Assembly: GCF_963921235.1 (NCBI RefSeq)
Contig: NC_086097.1
Coordinates: 250,358,001-250,422,000, forward strand
Source: Mobula hypostoma
Taxonomy: Eukaryota
Direction of reading: 5' to 3'
Length of the DNA: 64,000 nt
A program made the translations under genes and the position numbers. Positions 1-11,604 of the stretch are shown here, one piece after another. Each line of letters begins with the position of its first letter. Position 1 is the first letter of the stretch. Under the pieces are notes generated by a model. The model was not told the DNA's origin, did no database searches, and saw only the letters and a list, made by a program, of their open reading frames with translations.

Positions 1-445
1 TGTGTTGAACACATTTCTCGCTACTCATCCTCTCTTCCCACTATTACTGTACCATCGGGAAGCAGCTACAGGAATTTTATGTCTCACACCATCAGGTTCA
101 GGAACAGTTATTACCCCTCAACCATCAGGTCCCACACCACCAGGTTCAGGAACAGTTATTACCCCTCAACCATCAGGCTCCTGAACTGGTGTGGATAACT
201 TCACTCACCCCAACACTGAACTGATTCCACAACCTACAGACTCACTTTCAAGGAATCTTTACAACTCATCTCAGTATTGTTTTGCACAAAGTGTCTTCTT
301 TGGCACTTTGGTTGTTTGTCAGTCTTTATGTATAGTTTTTCACAAAATCTATTGTTCCTTTATTTTCCTGTAAATGTCTACAAGAAAATGAATCCCAAGG
401 CAGTATAGGGTAAGACATTCACACTGTGATAATAAATTTACTTTG
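1..445 (+). mobile_element. Rex1/Babar-like LINE 3' fragment with a 48-bp internal tandem duplication
   Basis: Encodes TTRFRNSYYPSTIRLLN, similar to the C-terminus of ORF 40650-41918, followed by AATAAA and a tttgaa tail. Confidence 0.6.
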
Positions 446-1529
446 AATTTGGCATTAGTTCGGTGGGGGATGACTTTGCACCAATCCAGGTGTCTGTACA
501 ACTTGCAGTAACTCCGACCACCCTGCCTTTCCCGAAGAACGGACTCAGTCAGTTTCTCTCCCCTACCCCTCACCACAGCCCTCGGCCTTCAATCCAGTTT
601 GCCGCAGGAAGCTCCAGTGGGTGAAATTAGAACCAAATTGAATTCTGTAACAGCACCACCAATGTTTCAACAATTAAACCGCCCAGTCACAGGGCAGATG
701 AAACATGACATTGGCCCATTTTGTCTTGGAAGAACCGATGACACTTTCAAAGACCCTGCACTGCAGGACTGCCTGATTAAACAAAATATAAAGTAGGCCC
801 TTCAATTGAAGGTTGGTAGCAGACTGCTTCAGCGTCAAAAAAATCAGAATATTTTCAGTGAGATTGTGAAATCAGTGTGGTGGAATTGGTGATCAGGTGA
901 CTGGTGCAAGGGGTGGACTGACTGAGATTTTTAAAATACATCCTATTAAAAACTGCAAGAATCACCCAGTTTACCCTCAAATGATGAGAAGCAAGTCCTT
1001 TTAATAATTATTATGCAGATTATTGATGAATGTCTACTGGTTTTGCATTTGCAAATGAAGTAATTTTGATTTTAATTTCCAAGATTCAAGATTGTTTAAA
1101 GTCATTTCCGGTCACAAGTGTAAAGGAGAATGAAGTAATTGTTACTCCAGATCGGATGCAGCACAGAAAACACACAAGATAATGAACACAATAAGAAAAA
1201 AAGACAATGAATATAAACACAACTGTTTGTATACATTGACTGGATGTCCATAGTGATTTGGGAGTCTTCACAGTTCACATCATGAATACTCCAAATACTC
1301 TGCTGGATCCTCGTGCCTCCTTTCAGAGCAGGAGGGCTATTTATAGGCATAAAGTTAACACACGTAAACAGTCATTCTTAACTCAACATGTAATCCTGGC
1401 AGCTGCATCACTCAGCTCAATGTCACGGCATGTTTAAGGTTGACAAAGTGTGCGTACCGAATTTACATTTAAATATTTCATAGCAATTCACTGAAGTTAA
1501 TGTTGTTTTGTCGTTTCATAAACAAAAAA

Positions 1530-1730
1530 ATCTGCAGATGCTGGAAATTGAGAGCAACACACACAAAATGCTGGAGGAACTCAGCAGGTCAGACAGCATC
1601 TATGGAAAAGAGCAAACAGTCGATGTTTCGGACCCAACAAAGGGTCTCGTCCCGAAACATCGACTCTTTACTCTGTTCCATAGATGCTGTCTGGCCTGCT
1701 GAATTCCTGCAGCGTTTTATGTGTGTTGTT
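1530..1730. mobile_element. Penelope-derived short element, head-to-head inverted pair
   Basis: 1555-1631 is the near reverse complement of 1652-1728; same family as 36133-36252 and 37769-38568. Confidence 0.7.
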
Positions 1731-1875
1731 TTGCCATTTGCTGTGTTCGGTGTTGTTCTGCCCAACATGCGGGCATGCTATGTTGGCGACACATTCGAGC
1801 GGCCCCCAGCACACCCTGGTTGTTAACGCAAACGACACGTTTCACTGTATATTTCGATATACTTGTGATGAATAA

Positions 1876-3985
1876 GAAACATAGAAACACAGAAAATAGG
1901 TGCAGGAGTAGGCCATTCAGCCCTTCAAGCCTGCACCGCCATTCAGTATGATCATGGCTGATCATCCAACTCAGAACCCTGTACCTGCCTTCTCTCCATG
2001 CCCCCTGATCCCTTTAGCCACAAGGGCCATATCTAACTCCCTCTTAAATATAGCCAATGAATTGGCCTCAACTGTTTCCTGTGGCAGAGAATTCCACAGA
2101 TTCACCACTCTCTGTGTGAAGAAGTTTTTCCTAATCTTGGTCCTAAAAGGCTTCCTCTCTATCCTCAAACTGTGACCCCTCGTTCTGGACTTCCCCAACA
2201 TCGGGAACAATCTTCCTGCATCTAGCCTGTCCAATCCCTTTAGGATTTTATACGTTTCAATCAGATCCCCCCTCAATCTTCTAAATTCCAACGAGTACAA
2301 GCCCAGTTCATCCAGTCTTTCATCATATGAAAGTCCTGCCATCCCAGGAATCAATCTGGTGAACCTTCTTTTTACTCCGTCTATGGCAAGAATGTCTTTC
2401 CTCAGATTAGCAGACCAAAACTGCACACAATACTCCAGGTGTGGTCTCACCAAGGCCTTGTACAACTGCAGTAGTACCTCCCTGCTCCTGTACTCGAATC
2501 CTCTCGCTATAAATGCCAGCATACCATTTGCCTTTTTCACCGCCTGCTGTACCTGCATGCCCACTTTCAATGACTGGTGTATAATGACACCCAGGTCTCG
2601 TTGCACCTCCCCTTTTCCTAATTGGCCACCATTCAAATAATCTGTTTTCCTGTTTCTGCCACCAAAGTGGATAACCTCATTTATCCACATTAAATTGCAT
2701 CTGCCATGAATTTGCCCACTCACCCAACCTATCCAAGTCACCCTGCATCCTCTTAGCATCCTCCTCACAGCTAACACTGCCACCCAGCTTTGTGTCATCC
2801 GCAGACTTGGAGATGCTGCATTTAATTCCCTCATCCAAGTCATTAATATATATTGTAAACAACTGGGGTCCCAGCACTGAGCCTTGCGGTACCCCACTAG
2901 TCACTGCCTGCCATTCTGAAAAGGTCCCGTTTATTCCCACTTTTTGCTTCCTGTCTGCTAACCAATTCTCCACCCACACCAATACCTTACCCCCAATACC
3001 GTGTGCTTTAAGTTTGCACACTAATCTCCTGTGTGGGACCTTGTCAAAAGCCTTTTGAAAATCCAAATATACCACATCCACTGGTTCTCCCCTATCCACT
3101 CTACTAGTTACATCCTCAAAAAATTCTATGAGATTCGTCAGACATGATTTTCCTTTCACAAATCCATGCTGACTTTGTCCGATGATTTCACCGCTTTCCT
3201 AAAGTGCTGTTATCATATCTTTGATAAATGACTCCAGCAGTTTCCCCACCACCGACGTTAGGCTAACCGGTCTATAATTCCCCAGTTTCTCTCTGCCTCC
3301 TTTTTTAAAAAGCGGGGTTACATTAGCCACCCTCCAATCCTCAGGAACTAGTCCAGAATCTAAAGAGTTTTGAAAAATTATCACTAATGCATCCACTATT
3401 TCTTGGGCTACTTCCTTGAGCACTCTGGGATGCAGACCATCTGGCCCTGGGGATTTATCTGCCTTTAATCCCTTCAATTTACCTAACACCACTTCCCTAC
3501 TAACATGTATTTCCCTCAGTTCCTCCATCTCATTAGACCCTCTGTCCCCTACTATTTCCGGAAGATTATTTATGTCCTCCTTAGTGAAGACAGAAGCAAA
3601 GTAGTTATTCAATTGGTCTGCCATGTCCTTGTTCCCCATAATCAATTCACCCGTTTCTGTCTGTAACGGACCTACATTTGTCTTAACCAATCTTTTTCTT
3701 TTCACATATCTATAAAAGCTTTTACAGTCAGTTTTTATGTTCCCTGCCAGTTTTCTCTCATAATCTTTTTTTCCCCCTTCCTAATTAAGCCCTTTGTCCT
3801 CCTCTGCTGAACTCTGAATTTCTCCCAGTCCTCAGGTGAGCCGCTTTTTCTGGCTTATCTGTATGCTTCTTCTTTGGAATTGATACTATCCCTAATTTCC
3901 CTTGTCAGCCACGGGTGCACTACCTTCCCTGATTTATTCTTTTGCCAAACTGGGATGAACAATTGTTGTAGTTCATCCATGCGAT
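1876..3985 (-). mobile_element. CR1 LINE, 5'-truncated, young subfamily (in CCN intron 2, sense orientation)
   Basis: ORF2 RT fragments ([39 protein letters not shown]) broken by a stop at ~3199 and a frameshift at ~2678. (TTTCTATG)n tail at ~1876. Nearly identical to 62388-64000 and 20928-21405. Confidence 0.92.
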
Positions 3986-4039
3986 AAATTCGAATCTTGT
4001 ATATTAATTCTTGAAAATCGTGCTTTTCCTGCAAGGACC

Positions 4040-4490
4040 ATAGGACGATAAGATAAAGGAGCAGAATCAGGCCATTGGGCTCTTCAAATCTGCTCCACCA
4101 TTCCATCATGGCTGATTTATTATTCCTCTCAACTCCATTCTCCCGCCTTCTCCCCCTGTCCTTTGATGTCCTGACTAATCAAGAACCTATCAACCTCTGC
4201 TTTAAGACTTGACCTATACGGCTGTCTGCGTTAGTTAATTCCACAGATTCACTACCCTCTGGGGAAAGAAATTGCTCCTCATCTCTGTTGTATTCTAAAT
4301 GGGCGTCCTTCTGTTGGGAGGCTGTGTCTGACTTCCTCCACATTCACTCTATCGTGGCCTTTCAATATTTGATAGGTTTCAGTGAGGTCACCCACCCCTC
4401 CAATTCTGCTGGACTCCAGAGTACAGGGCCAGAGCCATCAAACGCCCCCCATACGTTAACCCCTTCATTCCCTGGAGCATATTCGTTAAC
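4040..4490 (-). mobile_element. Degenerate CR1 3' end
   Basis: Homologous to CR1 3' regions elsewhere in the window (ccacagattcactaccctctgg; ggccagagccatcaaacgc). Confidence 0.75.
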
Positions 4491-4562
4491 TGTCAAACGC
4501 CAGCAACTGGTTTTGCAAAGATCTGCAGACAGACTGTTGGACGGTGTCGGCTGCGAACTCAC

Positions 4563-4782
4563 CGATGCAGACGCCCAGGCCGTGCCGGCTGTCAGCGCTG
4601 TGCTCGCACTGTAGCCCGAGCTGCGGGTCGCAGACGTCGCTGTCGGAGCAGACCTCCCCGGCCTGCCTGGCACAGACGCGACAGCATCCACACTTGTCCG
4701 GCACCAGCCGCACTCCGGGGCTGCATTTCGGCGGATCCTCCGGGCATTTACACGGGGAAGAGCAGTGCTGGGCACGGGCCCA
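4563..4782 (-). CDS. CCN3: CCN-family protein (CCN3/NOV-like), exon 2: IGFBP N-terminal domain
   Basis: Acceptor tttgtatttcacag| and donor G|GTGAGT; 220 nt, phase 0 to phase 1 as in CCN exon 2. Translation is WARAQHCSSPCKCPEDPPKCSPGVRLVPDKCGCCRVCARQAGEVCSDSDVCDPQLGLQCEHSADSRHGLGVCI, with 12 Cys and CGCCxxC. CCN family is confident. ARQ, CSD and GLxCxxSAD resemble CCN3 more than CCN2 or CCN5 (compared from memory; paralog ~0.65). Confidence 0.92.
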
Positions 4783-5099
4783 CTGTGAAATACAAAGTCA
4801 GACAAAATTACTGTCATTACTAAACCGGGATCCCGCGCCTATTTCCAATACTTAGTTTGAATTTATTCCTTATGACTTGTCATTCCTACTCGCTGCACAA
4901 CCTTAAACACATTCCCCTTTCGCTATTTCATCCTGATCTGTGCTACCCCCGACATTTACAATTATTTAAACACCGATAACTTTTATATCATTTAATGACA
5001 GGTACTTTAATTCCGTTTCTTTCTCCGCAGTCTAATCCAAGGCATCTCGTCTCTTTTGTATATTATTTCCAGGATCTGCAGTATTTTAGACACTAATTA

Positions 5100-5222
5100 T
5101 AAACAGGAGATGCTGGAAATCCACAGTAACATACACACAAAAAGCGGGAGGAATTCAGCGGGTCAGACAGCATCTATGGGAATGAATGTCGACATTTCGA
5201 GCCGACACCCTTCATCAGAACT
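5100..5222 (-). mobile_element. Penelope-derived short element with a degenerate hammerhead, in CCN intron 1
   Basis: Minus strand agttCTGATGAagggtgtcggctcGAAAtgTCgac, followed by the family 3' sequence (atagatgctgtctgacc). Confidence 0.7.
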
Positions 5223-5281
5223 CGCAGATGCACAAATACTTTATTATATCAGTGCATTGCATCCCGTTATGTTATTTTTAC

Positions 5282-5332
5282 CTCCGTTGAAAGCAGGAAC
5301 AAAGCCACGAGTGTCCCGGTGAGGTACAGCAT
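5282..5332 (-). CDS. CCN3: CCN-family protein (CCN3/NOV-like), coding exon 1: signal peptide
   Basis: Minus strand reads cagcggcATG, then MLYLTGTLVALFLLSTE (17 codons, hydrophobic core), then a GAG|GTAAAA donor in phase 0. It joins exon 2 in frame to give ...STE-WARA|QHC, an AxA signal-peptidase site. Not in the ORF track; read manually. The paralog assignment is tentative. Confidence 0.85.
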
Positions 5333-5610
5333 GCCGCTGATGAACGCGAGTCCCTCTGAACTCGCCCCGCCGCCGCGTCCCTCCGGCGTTTTATCCAGCC
5401 GCAGGCGGGGCTCCGATTGGTCGAGAGTCTCGCGGACCGGACACGGACACGGACACGCAAATTGTCACCTCGCGGACCGGACACGGCGCTGCCGCTGTGG
5501 TCGCGCCGCGGTAACTGCAGCGGCACCCGGCGTGGAACAGAACGTGGCCCGGTGACCCGGCGCTGCCGCCGGGGGGAGACGATCGTAACCTCGCCCTTTA
5601 GCACGGGCGC
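5310..5610 (-). promoter_or_regulatory. CpG island / proximal promoter of the CCN gene
   Basis: Very GC- and CpG-rich island in an otherwise CpG-poor window, directly upstream of the ATG. Minus strand has a TATA-like GATAAAA (5395-5389) and CCAAT (5420-5416); a GC box GGCGGG lies at 5404-5409. Confidence 0.75.
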
Positions 5611-6209
5611 TGCAGTATTAGAGTCATAGGGCTCTACAAACGGCCATTCGGCCCATCTAGTCGGTGCCGAACACAGCCTTGTCCCATCGACACCTGGACC
5701 ATAGCCGTCCCATCCATGTATCTATCCAAGCTCTTCTTAGCCGTTGCAATTGAACCCGCACCCACCACCCCACTGGCAGCTCGTTGCACACTGTCACCAC
5801 CATCGATGAGTGAAGAAGTTTCCCCTCAAAGTTAAAAGTAAATTTATTAGCAAAGTACATATTTGTCGCCATATACAACCCTGAGATCAATATGGACATG
5901 GTTAATGGCGGGGAGGGTTTTACCGGCGATGGAATAAGCTGTATCCACTACATTTTCCATTCAAGGGCAATGGTATTTCCATATCCTCTCCATAACACCT
6001 CGATATTAAATATCTTACCTTTCACCCTTAACTCATGGCCTCTAGTTGTAGTTTCTCCCGACCTCAGTGGGAAACCGTGCTTACATTTACCCCATCTATA
6101 CCTCTCATAATTTTGTATACTGTACCTGTAACAAACTTCCTCTCGTTCTTACGCACTCCAAGCAAGTCACGTGCAACATTGCCTGTTAAGGAGTTTGTAC
6201 TCCCCTTGA

Positions 6210-6340
6210 CTGGGTGCGTTTCCTCCGGTCGATAGGTGAATAATCGGTGGTTGTAAGTTGCCTCATGATTAGGCTCGGGGTGGCTGGGCGGTGTGGCTCC
6301 AAGGACTGGAAAGGCACTGTGTCTCAATAAACAAACAAAT
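6210..6340 (+). mobile_element. V-SINE (HE1-like) fragment
   Basis: gtttgtactcccc...gtttcctccggt V-domain-like core and an (AAAT/AAAC)n tail; related to 13385, 26050 and 28410. Confidence 0.5.
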
Positions 6341-6479
6341 AAAGAAATGTGACAAATTTATATGTTTTTCATTCTTCACAGTTGCAATAAATGCAAGATG
6401 ATGCTGGTGGTATTTATCTTAATTATTCCACTAGAAAGAGTCCACACACATTTTGCTGGCAGTGTAGTTTGGGACTATT

Positions 6480-8280
6480 ATAAGATATCAGAGCAGAATT
6501 AGGCCATTCAGCCCATTGAGTCTGCTATGCCATTACATCATGGGTCAGTACACCATTACATTATCCTTCTCAACCCCATTCTCCTCTCTTCTCACTGTAA
6601 CTTTTGACATCGTCCTTAATCAAGAATCGCTTTAAATATCCCCAATATCTTGGCCTCCATAGCCGTCTGTGGCAATAAATTCCACAGTTGCATCATTCTC
6701 TGGCTAAAGAAATTCCTCTCCATCTTTGTTCTAAATGAATGTCCCTCTATTGTGCCCACTGGTCCCAGATTCTCACATTCTCTCTCCATCTGCTCTATCT
6801 AGGCCTTTCAACAAAGGATTCAAAGATTCAAAGTACATTTATGATCAAAGAATGTATTAATTATACATTCAACAGGCCTCACTGAGATCCCCCCCCCCAT
6901 TCTTCTAAACTCCAGCAAATACAGTCCTAGAGACATCAAAAGCTCCTCATATGTCAATACTTTCATTTCTGGGATCCTTCTTGTGAACCTCCTCTCCAAT
7001 ATCAGCACATCCTTTATAGGAGCATGGGCCCAAAACTGCTCACAATACTCCAAGTGAGGCTTATAGTCATAGTCATAGTCATAATTTATTGATCCCGGGG
7101 AAAATTGGTTTTTGTTACAGATGCACCATAAATAATAAATAGTAATAAAACCATAAAGAGTTAAATAGTAATATGTAAATTATTTATGCAGGAAATAAGT
7201 CCAGGACCAACCTATTGGCTCAGGGTGTCTGACCCTCCAAGGGAGGAGTTGTAAAGTTTGATGGCCACAGGCAGGAATGACTTCCTATGACACTCTGTGC
7301 TGCATCTCCGTGGAATGAGTCTCTGGCTGAATGTACTCCTGTGCCCACCCAGTACATTATGTAGTGGATGGGAGACATTGTCCAAGATGGCATGCAACTT
7401 AGACAGCATCCTCTTTTCAGACACCACCGTCAGAGAGTCCAGTTCCATCCCCACAACATCATTGGCCTTATGAATGAGTTTGTTGATTCTGTTGGTGTCT
7501 GCTACCCTCAGCCTGCTGCCCCAGCACAAGACAGCAAACATGCTTGCATTGGCCACCACAGACTCATAGAACATCCTCAGCATCGTCCGGCAGATGTTAA
7601 AGGACCTCAGTCTCCTCAGGAAATAGAGATGGCTCTGACCCTTCTTGTAGACAGCCTCAGTGTTCTTAGACCAATCCAGTTTATTGTCAATTCATATCCC
7701 CAGGTATTTGTAATCCTCCACCATGTCCACACTGACCCCCTAGATGGAAACAGGGGTCACCGGTACCTTAGCTCTGCTCAGGTCTACCGCCAGCTCCTTA
7801 GTCTTTTTCACCAATGCTTTATAAAGTCTCAACATTACATCCTTGTTCTTATACTCTAGTCCTCTTGAAATGAATGCTAACATCACATTTGCCTTCCTCA
7901 CACACCAACTGGACCAGCAAGTTAACCTTTAGGGAATCTTGCACAAGGATCCCAAGTCCCTTTGCACCTCAAATTTTTTAAAAGATTCTCTCCATTTAGA
8001 AAATAGTCTACACCTTTACTCCTTCTACCAAAGTGCATGACCATACACTTCCCTCTGCTATATACCATCTGCCATTTCTTTACCCATTCTCCCAATCTGT
8101 CCAAGTCCTTCTGCAGACACTCTGATTCCTCAGCAGTATCTACCTCTCCACCTACCTTCGTCTGCAAACTTGGCCTCAAAGCTATCAATTCCGTCATCCA
8201 AATTATTGGCATACAACGTGTAAAGAAGGAGTCCCAACAGCACTCACTGGCAGGCAAACAGAATAGGTCCCCTTTACTCA
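6480..8280 (-). mobile_element. Degenerate CR1 (host of the 7063-7808 insertion)
   Basis: CR1 ORF2 C-terminal remnants (ORFs 6820-7053 and 7922-8296). The host sequence gtgaggc|caccaatgc is split by the Rex-like copy. Confidence 0.8.
7063..7808 (-). mobile_element. Rex1/Babar-like LINE, 5'-truncated, (ATGACT)n tail
   Basis: ORF 7212-7583 (LRMFYESVVA...SFLPVAIKLYN); nearly identical to 14181-15125 and 30570-31295. Confidence 0.85.
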
Positions 8281-8429
8281 CATACACATAGTGCATTGAG
8301 ATTTTAGAGGTATAAAGTGAATATCAAATGGCACTATTGGCATACTGGTTAGCGTAACACTATTACAGCACCAGTGGGGTTTTAGGTCATGAACTGTTCT
8401 CAGTCTCTTCAACAACTTTCAATTCCCTG

Positions 8430-9890
8430 GCATTGATTGCCTCTTTTCACCAGGATTGTCCAGTCCTTAAACACTTCCATCTCCCTTCAAGAAAGCCTTA
8501 GAGCTCTCCACTTCTTTCTTGACAACAGTCCCGTGCAGTTCCCTTCCTCTGTCTGGTGGAACTGGTTCTCACCTGCAACAATTTCTCTTTCAGCTCCTCC
8601 CACTTTCTCCAAACTCAAGGGTCAGCCATGGGCACCCGTATGAGCCCCAGCTGTGTCTGCCTGTTAGAACAGTCCATGTTCCAAGCCTTCACTGGTAGTG
8701 CTCCCCAACTCGTTCCCTGCTGCATTGACGACTGCATTGGTGCTGCTTCATGCACCTATACTGAGCTCATCAATTTCATCAACTTTGTTTCCACCTTCCA
8801 CCCTGCCCTGAAATTCACTTGGTCCATTTCTAACATCTCTCTCTGCCCTTTCATAATCTCTCTGTCTCCATCACTGGAGACAAACTGTCTACTGATTCTT
8901 TTATAAGCCCAACGACTTCCACGGTATCTTGAGTAAACCTCTTCTCCCCCTGTCACTTGTAAAGATGCTGTTCCTTTTCTCAGTTTCTTCACCTCCACCA
9001 CATCTGATCCTAGGATGCGACTTCCCTTTCCAGAAGATCAGAGATGTCCTGCTTCCTGGCTTCCCTTCCTCCCCCACTGCTGCTGTCGTTACACCGCCTG
9101 CGACATTGCCTCTACTGGACGGCTGCAGCAGGCAAACCTGAGACCTGAAGTCTAGCCTTCGCAGTGAGGCCACACAGCTCCCCTGCCGCCTGTCTCGCCA
9201 GTAAACAAGGGAAACACAGACTGGCAGCATTTTACATTACCAATGTTCACCAGGGTCTTGTGATTGCAAGAGAAACATCATCACTTCAGATGTGAGTCTG
9301 TCATCTACTGCATCTGGTGCTCCTGGTGCGGCCTCCCCTACACTGGCAAGATGCAATGTAGATTGGGGGACTGCTTTGTCAAGCACTTTCGCACCATCCT
9401 CAACAAGCAGGACTTCCTGGTAGCCAATCATTTTTACTCCAATCCCCATTCATATTCCGACATGCCAGTCCATAGCCTCTTTGGCTGCCACAATGTGGCC
9501 ACTGTCAGGTTGGAGGAGCAACACCTGATATTCCGTCTGGGTAGCCTACAACCCGATGGCATGAATATCAGAATCTCCAATTTCTGGTAATATTTCCATC
9601 CCTCCCCATTCTGGCCCCCCTCTCACCTCTTCTCTTCTCCTTTCCTGCCTACCAGCACCCTCTGGTGCCCCTCCTCTTTCCCTTTCTCCCATTGCCCACC
9701 CTTCTCTCCTATCAGATTCATTCATCTTCAGCCCTTTATCTCTCCCACCTATCACGTTCCAGCTTCTAACTTCATCCCCATTCCCACCCACCCATCTTCC
9801 ATCTCACCTAGTCTCACCTATCACCTGCCAGCTTGTACTCCTTCCCCTCCCTCACCTTCTTAGTCTAGCTCCTACCCCCTTCCTTTCTCC
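8430..9890 (+). mobile_element. Penelope-like element (RT + GIY-YIG), degenerate
   Basis: FLQTQGSAMGTRM, CIDDCIG and HPALKFT are PLE RT motifs. VIYCIWC..CGLPYTGK, LEEQHLIFRLGSLQPDGMN are the GIY-YIG endonuclease. Confidence 0.85.
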
Positions 9891-10264
9891 AATCAGCTTA
9901 AACCTATGCCTTCTCGTATTAGCTCTTTCTGCCTTGATTCTGAGATCGTTGGGCCTGAACAGACACATTAGCCTTTGAGTTTTCAATGAAATATATCGTT
10001 GTTTTAAAGAAATATAATAGTATGAATGAAAACCTCACACAAACAACCAATGTGTAAAACCACTGTCACTGACCCCAGCTCCCATCACCCACCTGATTCC
10101 ATCCGTGACCCTCTGCCTCACCCACTCCCCCACTTCCACATTCTATCTCTAAAGCACAGATCAGAATCACAATCAGGTTTAATATCACCGGCATATGCTA
10201 TGAAACTTGTTTTGCAGTAACAGTACATTACAATACATAGTAGTAAAAACTATATTACAATAGA

Positions 10265-10853
10265 CAATAGGTGCAGGAGTAGGCCATTCGGCCCTTTGAG
10301 CCAGCACCGCCATTCACTGTGATCATGGCTGATCATCCACAATCAGTATCCAGTTCCTGCCTTATCCCCATAACCTTTGATTCCGCTATCTTTAAGAGCT
10401 CTATCCATCTCTTTCTTGAAAGCATCCAGAGACTTGGCCTCCACAGCCTTCTGGGGCAGAGCATTCCATATATCCACCACTCTCTGGGTGAAAAAGTTTT
10501 TCCTCAACTCCGTTCTAAATGGCCTATCCCTTATTCTTAAACAATGGCCTCTGGTTCTGGACTCACCCATCAGCGGGAACATGCTTCCTGCCTCCAGTGT
10601 GTCCAATCCCTTAATAATCTTATATGTTTCAATAGGATCCCCTCTCGGCCTTCTAAATTCCAGAGTATACAAGCCCAGTCACTCCAATCTTTCGACATAT
10701 GACAGTCCTGCCACCCCGGGCATTAACCTCGTGAACCTACGCTGCACTCCCTCAATAGCAAGAATGTCCTTCCTCAAATTTGGAGACCAAAACTGCACAC
10801 AGTACTCCAGGTGTGGTCTCACCAGGGCCCTGTACAGCTGCAGAAGGACCTCT
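10265..10853 (-). mobile_element. CR1 3' fragment
   Basis: ORF 10343-10672 (LEFRR..GD.IETYKI...NFFTQRVV.IWNALP). Confidence 0.88.
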
Positions 10854-11604
10854 CAATAAGAAGTAAATATATATAATTAACTAAGTAGGGCAAAAGAGAG
10901 AGATAACCTCTGAGGTAGTGATGATGGGTTCATTGTCCTTTCAGAAATCTGGTGATAGAGGGGAAGAAGCTGTTCCTGAATCATTCCTCAGGCTCCTGTA
11001 CCTCCTCCCTGATGGTAGTAATAAGAGGGCATGTCCTGGGTGATGGGGACCCTTAATGATGGATTTGAGACATCACCTTCTGAAGGTTTGCTTGATGCGG
11101 GGGAGGTTTGGGCCCACAATGGAGCTGACTGAGTCTACAGCTTTCTGCAGCTTTTTCTGATCCTGTGCAGTGGCCTCTCCATACCAGACGGTGATGCAAC
11201 CAGTTAGAGTTCTTTGTGCAGAGAAAGATTACTTTGATTTATTCTTTGAAAGAACGAGTTTCTCTGAGCAGGATTTATAATGACTTCCATTTGCAAAAAT
11301 GTGGTTTGTTTCCATTGGTCCTAGCATCTGTCTATTTAATGCCCCTTAGCTCACTGTATAAATATGTTGAATAAACATTGGCAAAGATTGTTTAAGTGTT
11401 CTGTTTGGGATAACATCTGACCATAAAAATATTTACAAAACAGCTGCTGTATCTGATTCTGGCCATGATTGTTACCAAGGGACTGATTTTGTGAGGACTA
11501 GCATTGCTGGTGGAGTAGTGTACTCTAGCCATTGAAATTCTCGGATCTCATCATGACCATTCTTACAAAATGGTGGCTTGCCTTAAAAACATAGGGATAA
11601 TTTC

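Noticed and set aside
1..4562. Expected CCN exon 3 (VWC domain)
   Set aside because: I found no Cys-rich VWC-like frame with splice sites by eye. The region is mainly repeats, so the exon is presumably left of the window.
4362..4817. 151-aa minus ORF and overlapping ORFs 4288-4614 and 4544-4855
   Set aside because: Alternative frames or antisense of the GC-rich CCN exon 2. The real frame is the Cys-rich one, bounded by splice sites at 4782 and 4563.
5278..5629. Arg-rich ORFs over the CpG island
   Set aside because: Stop-poor GC-rich promoter sequence; no recognisable domain.
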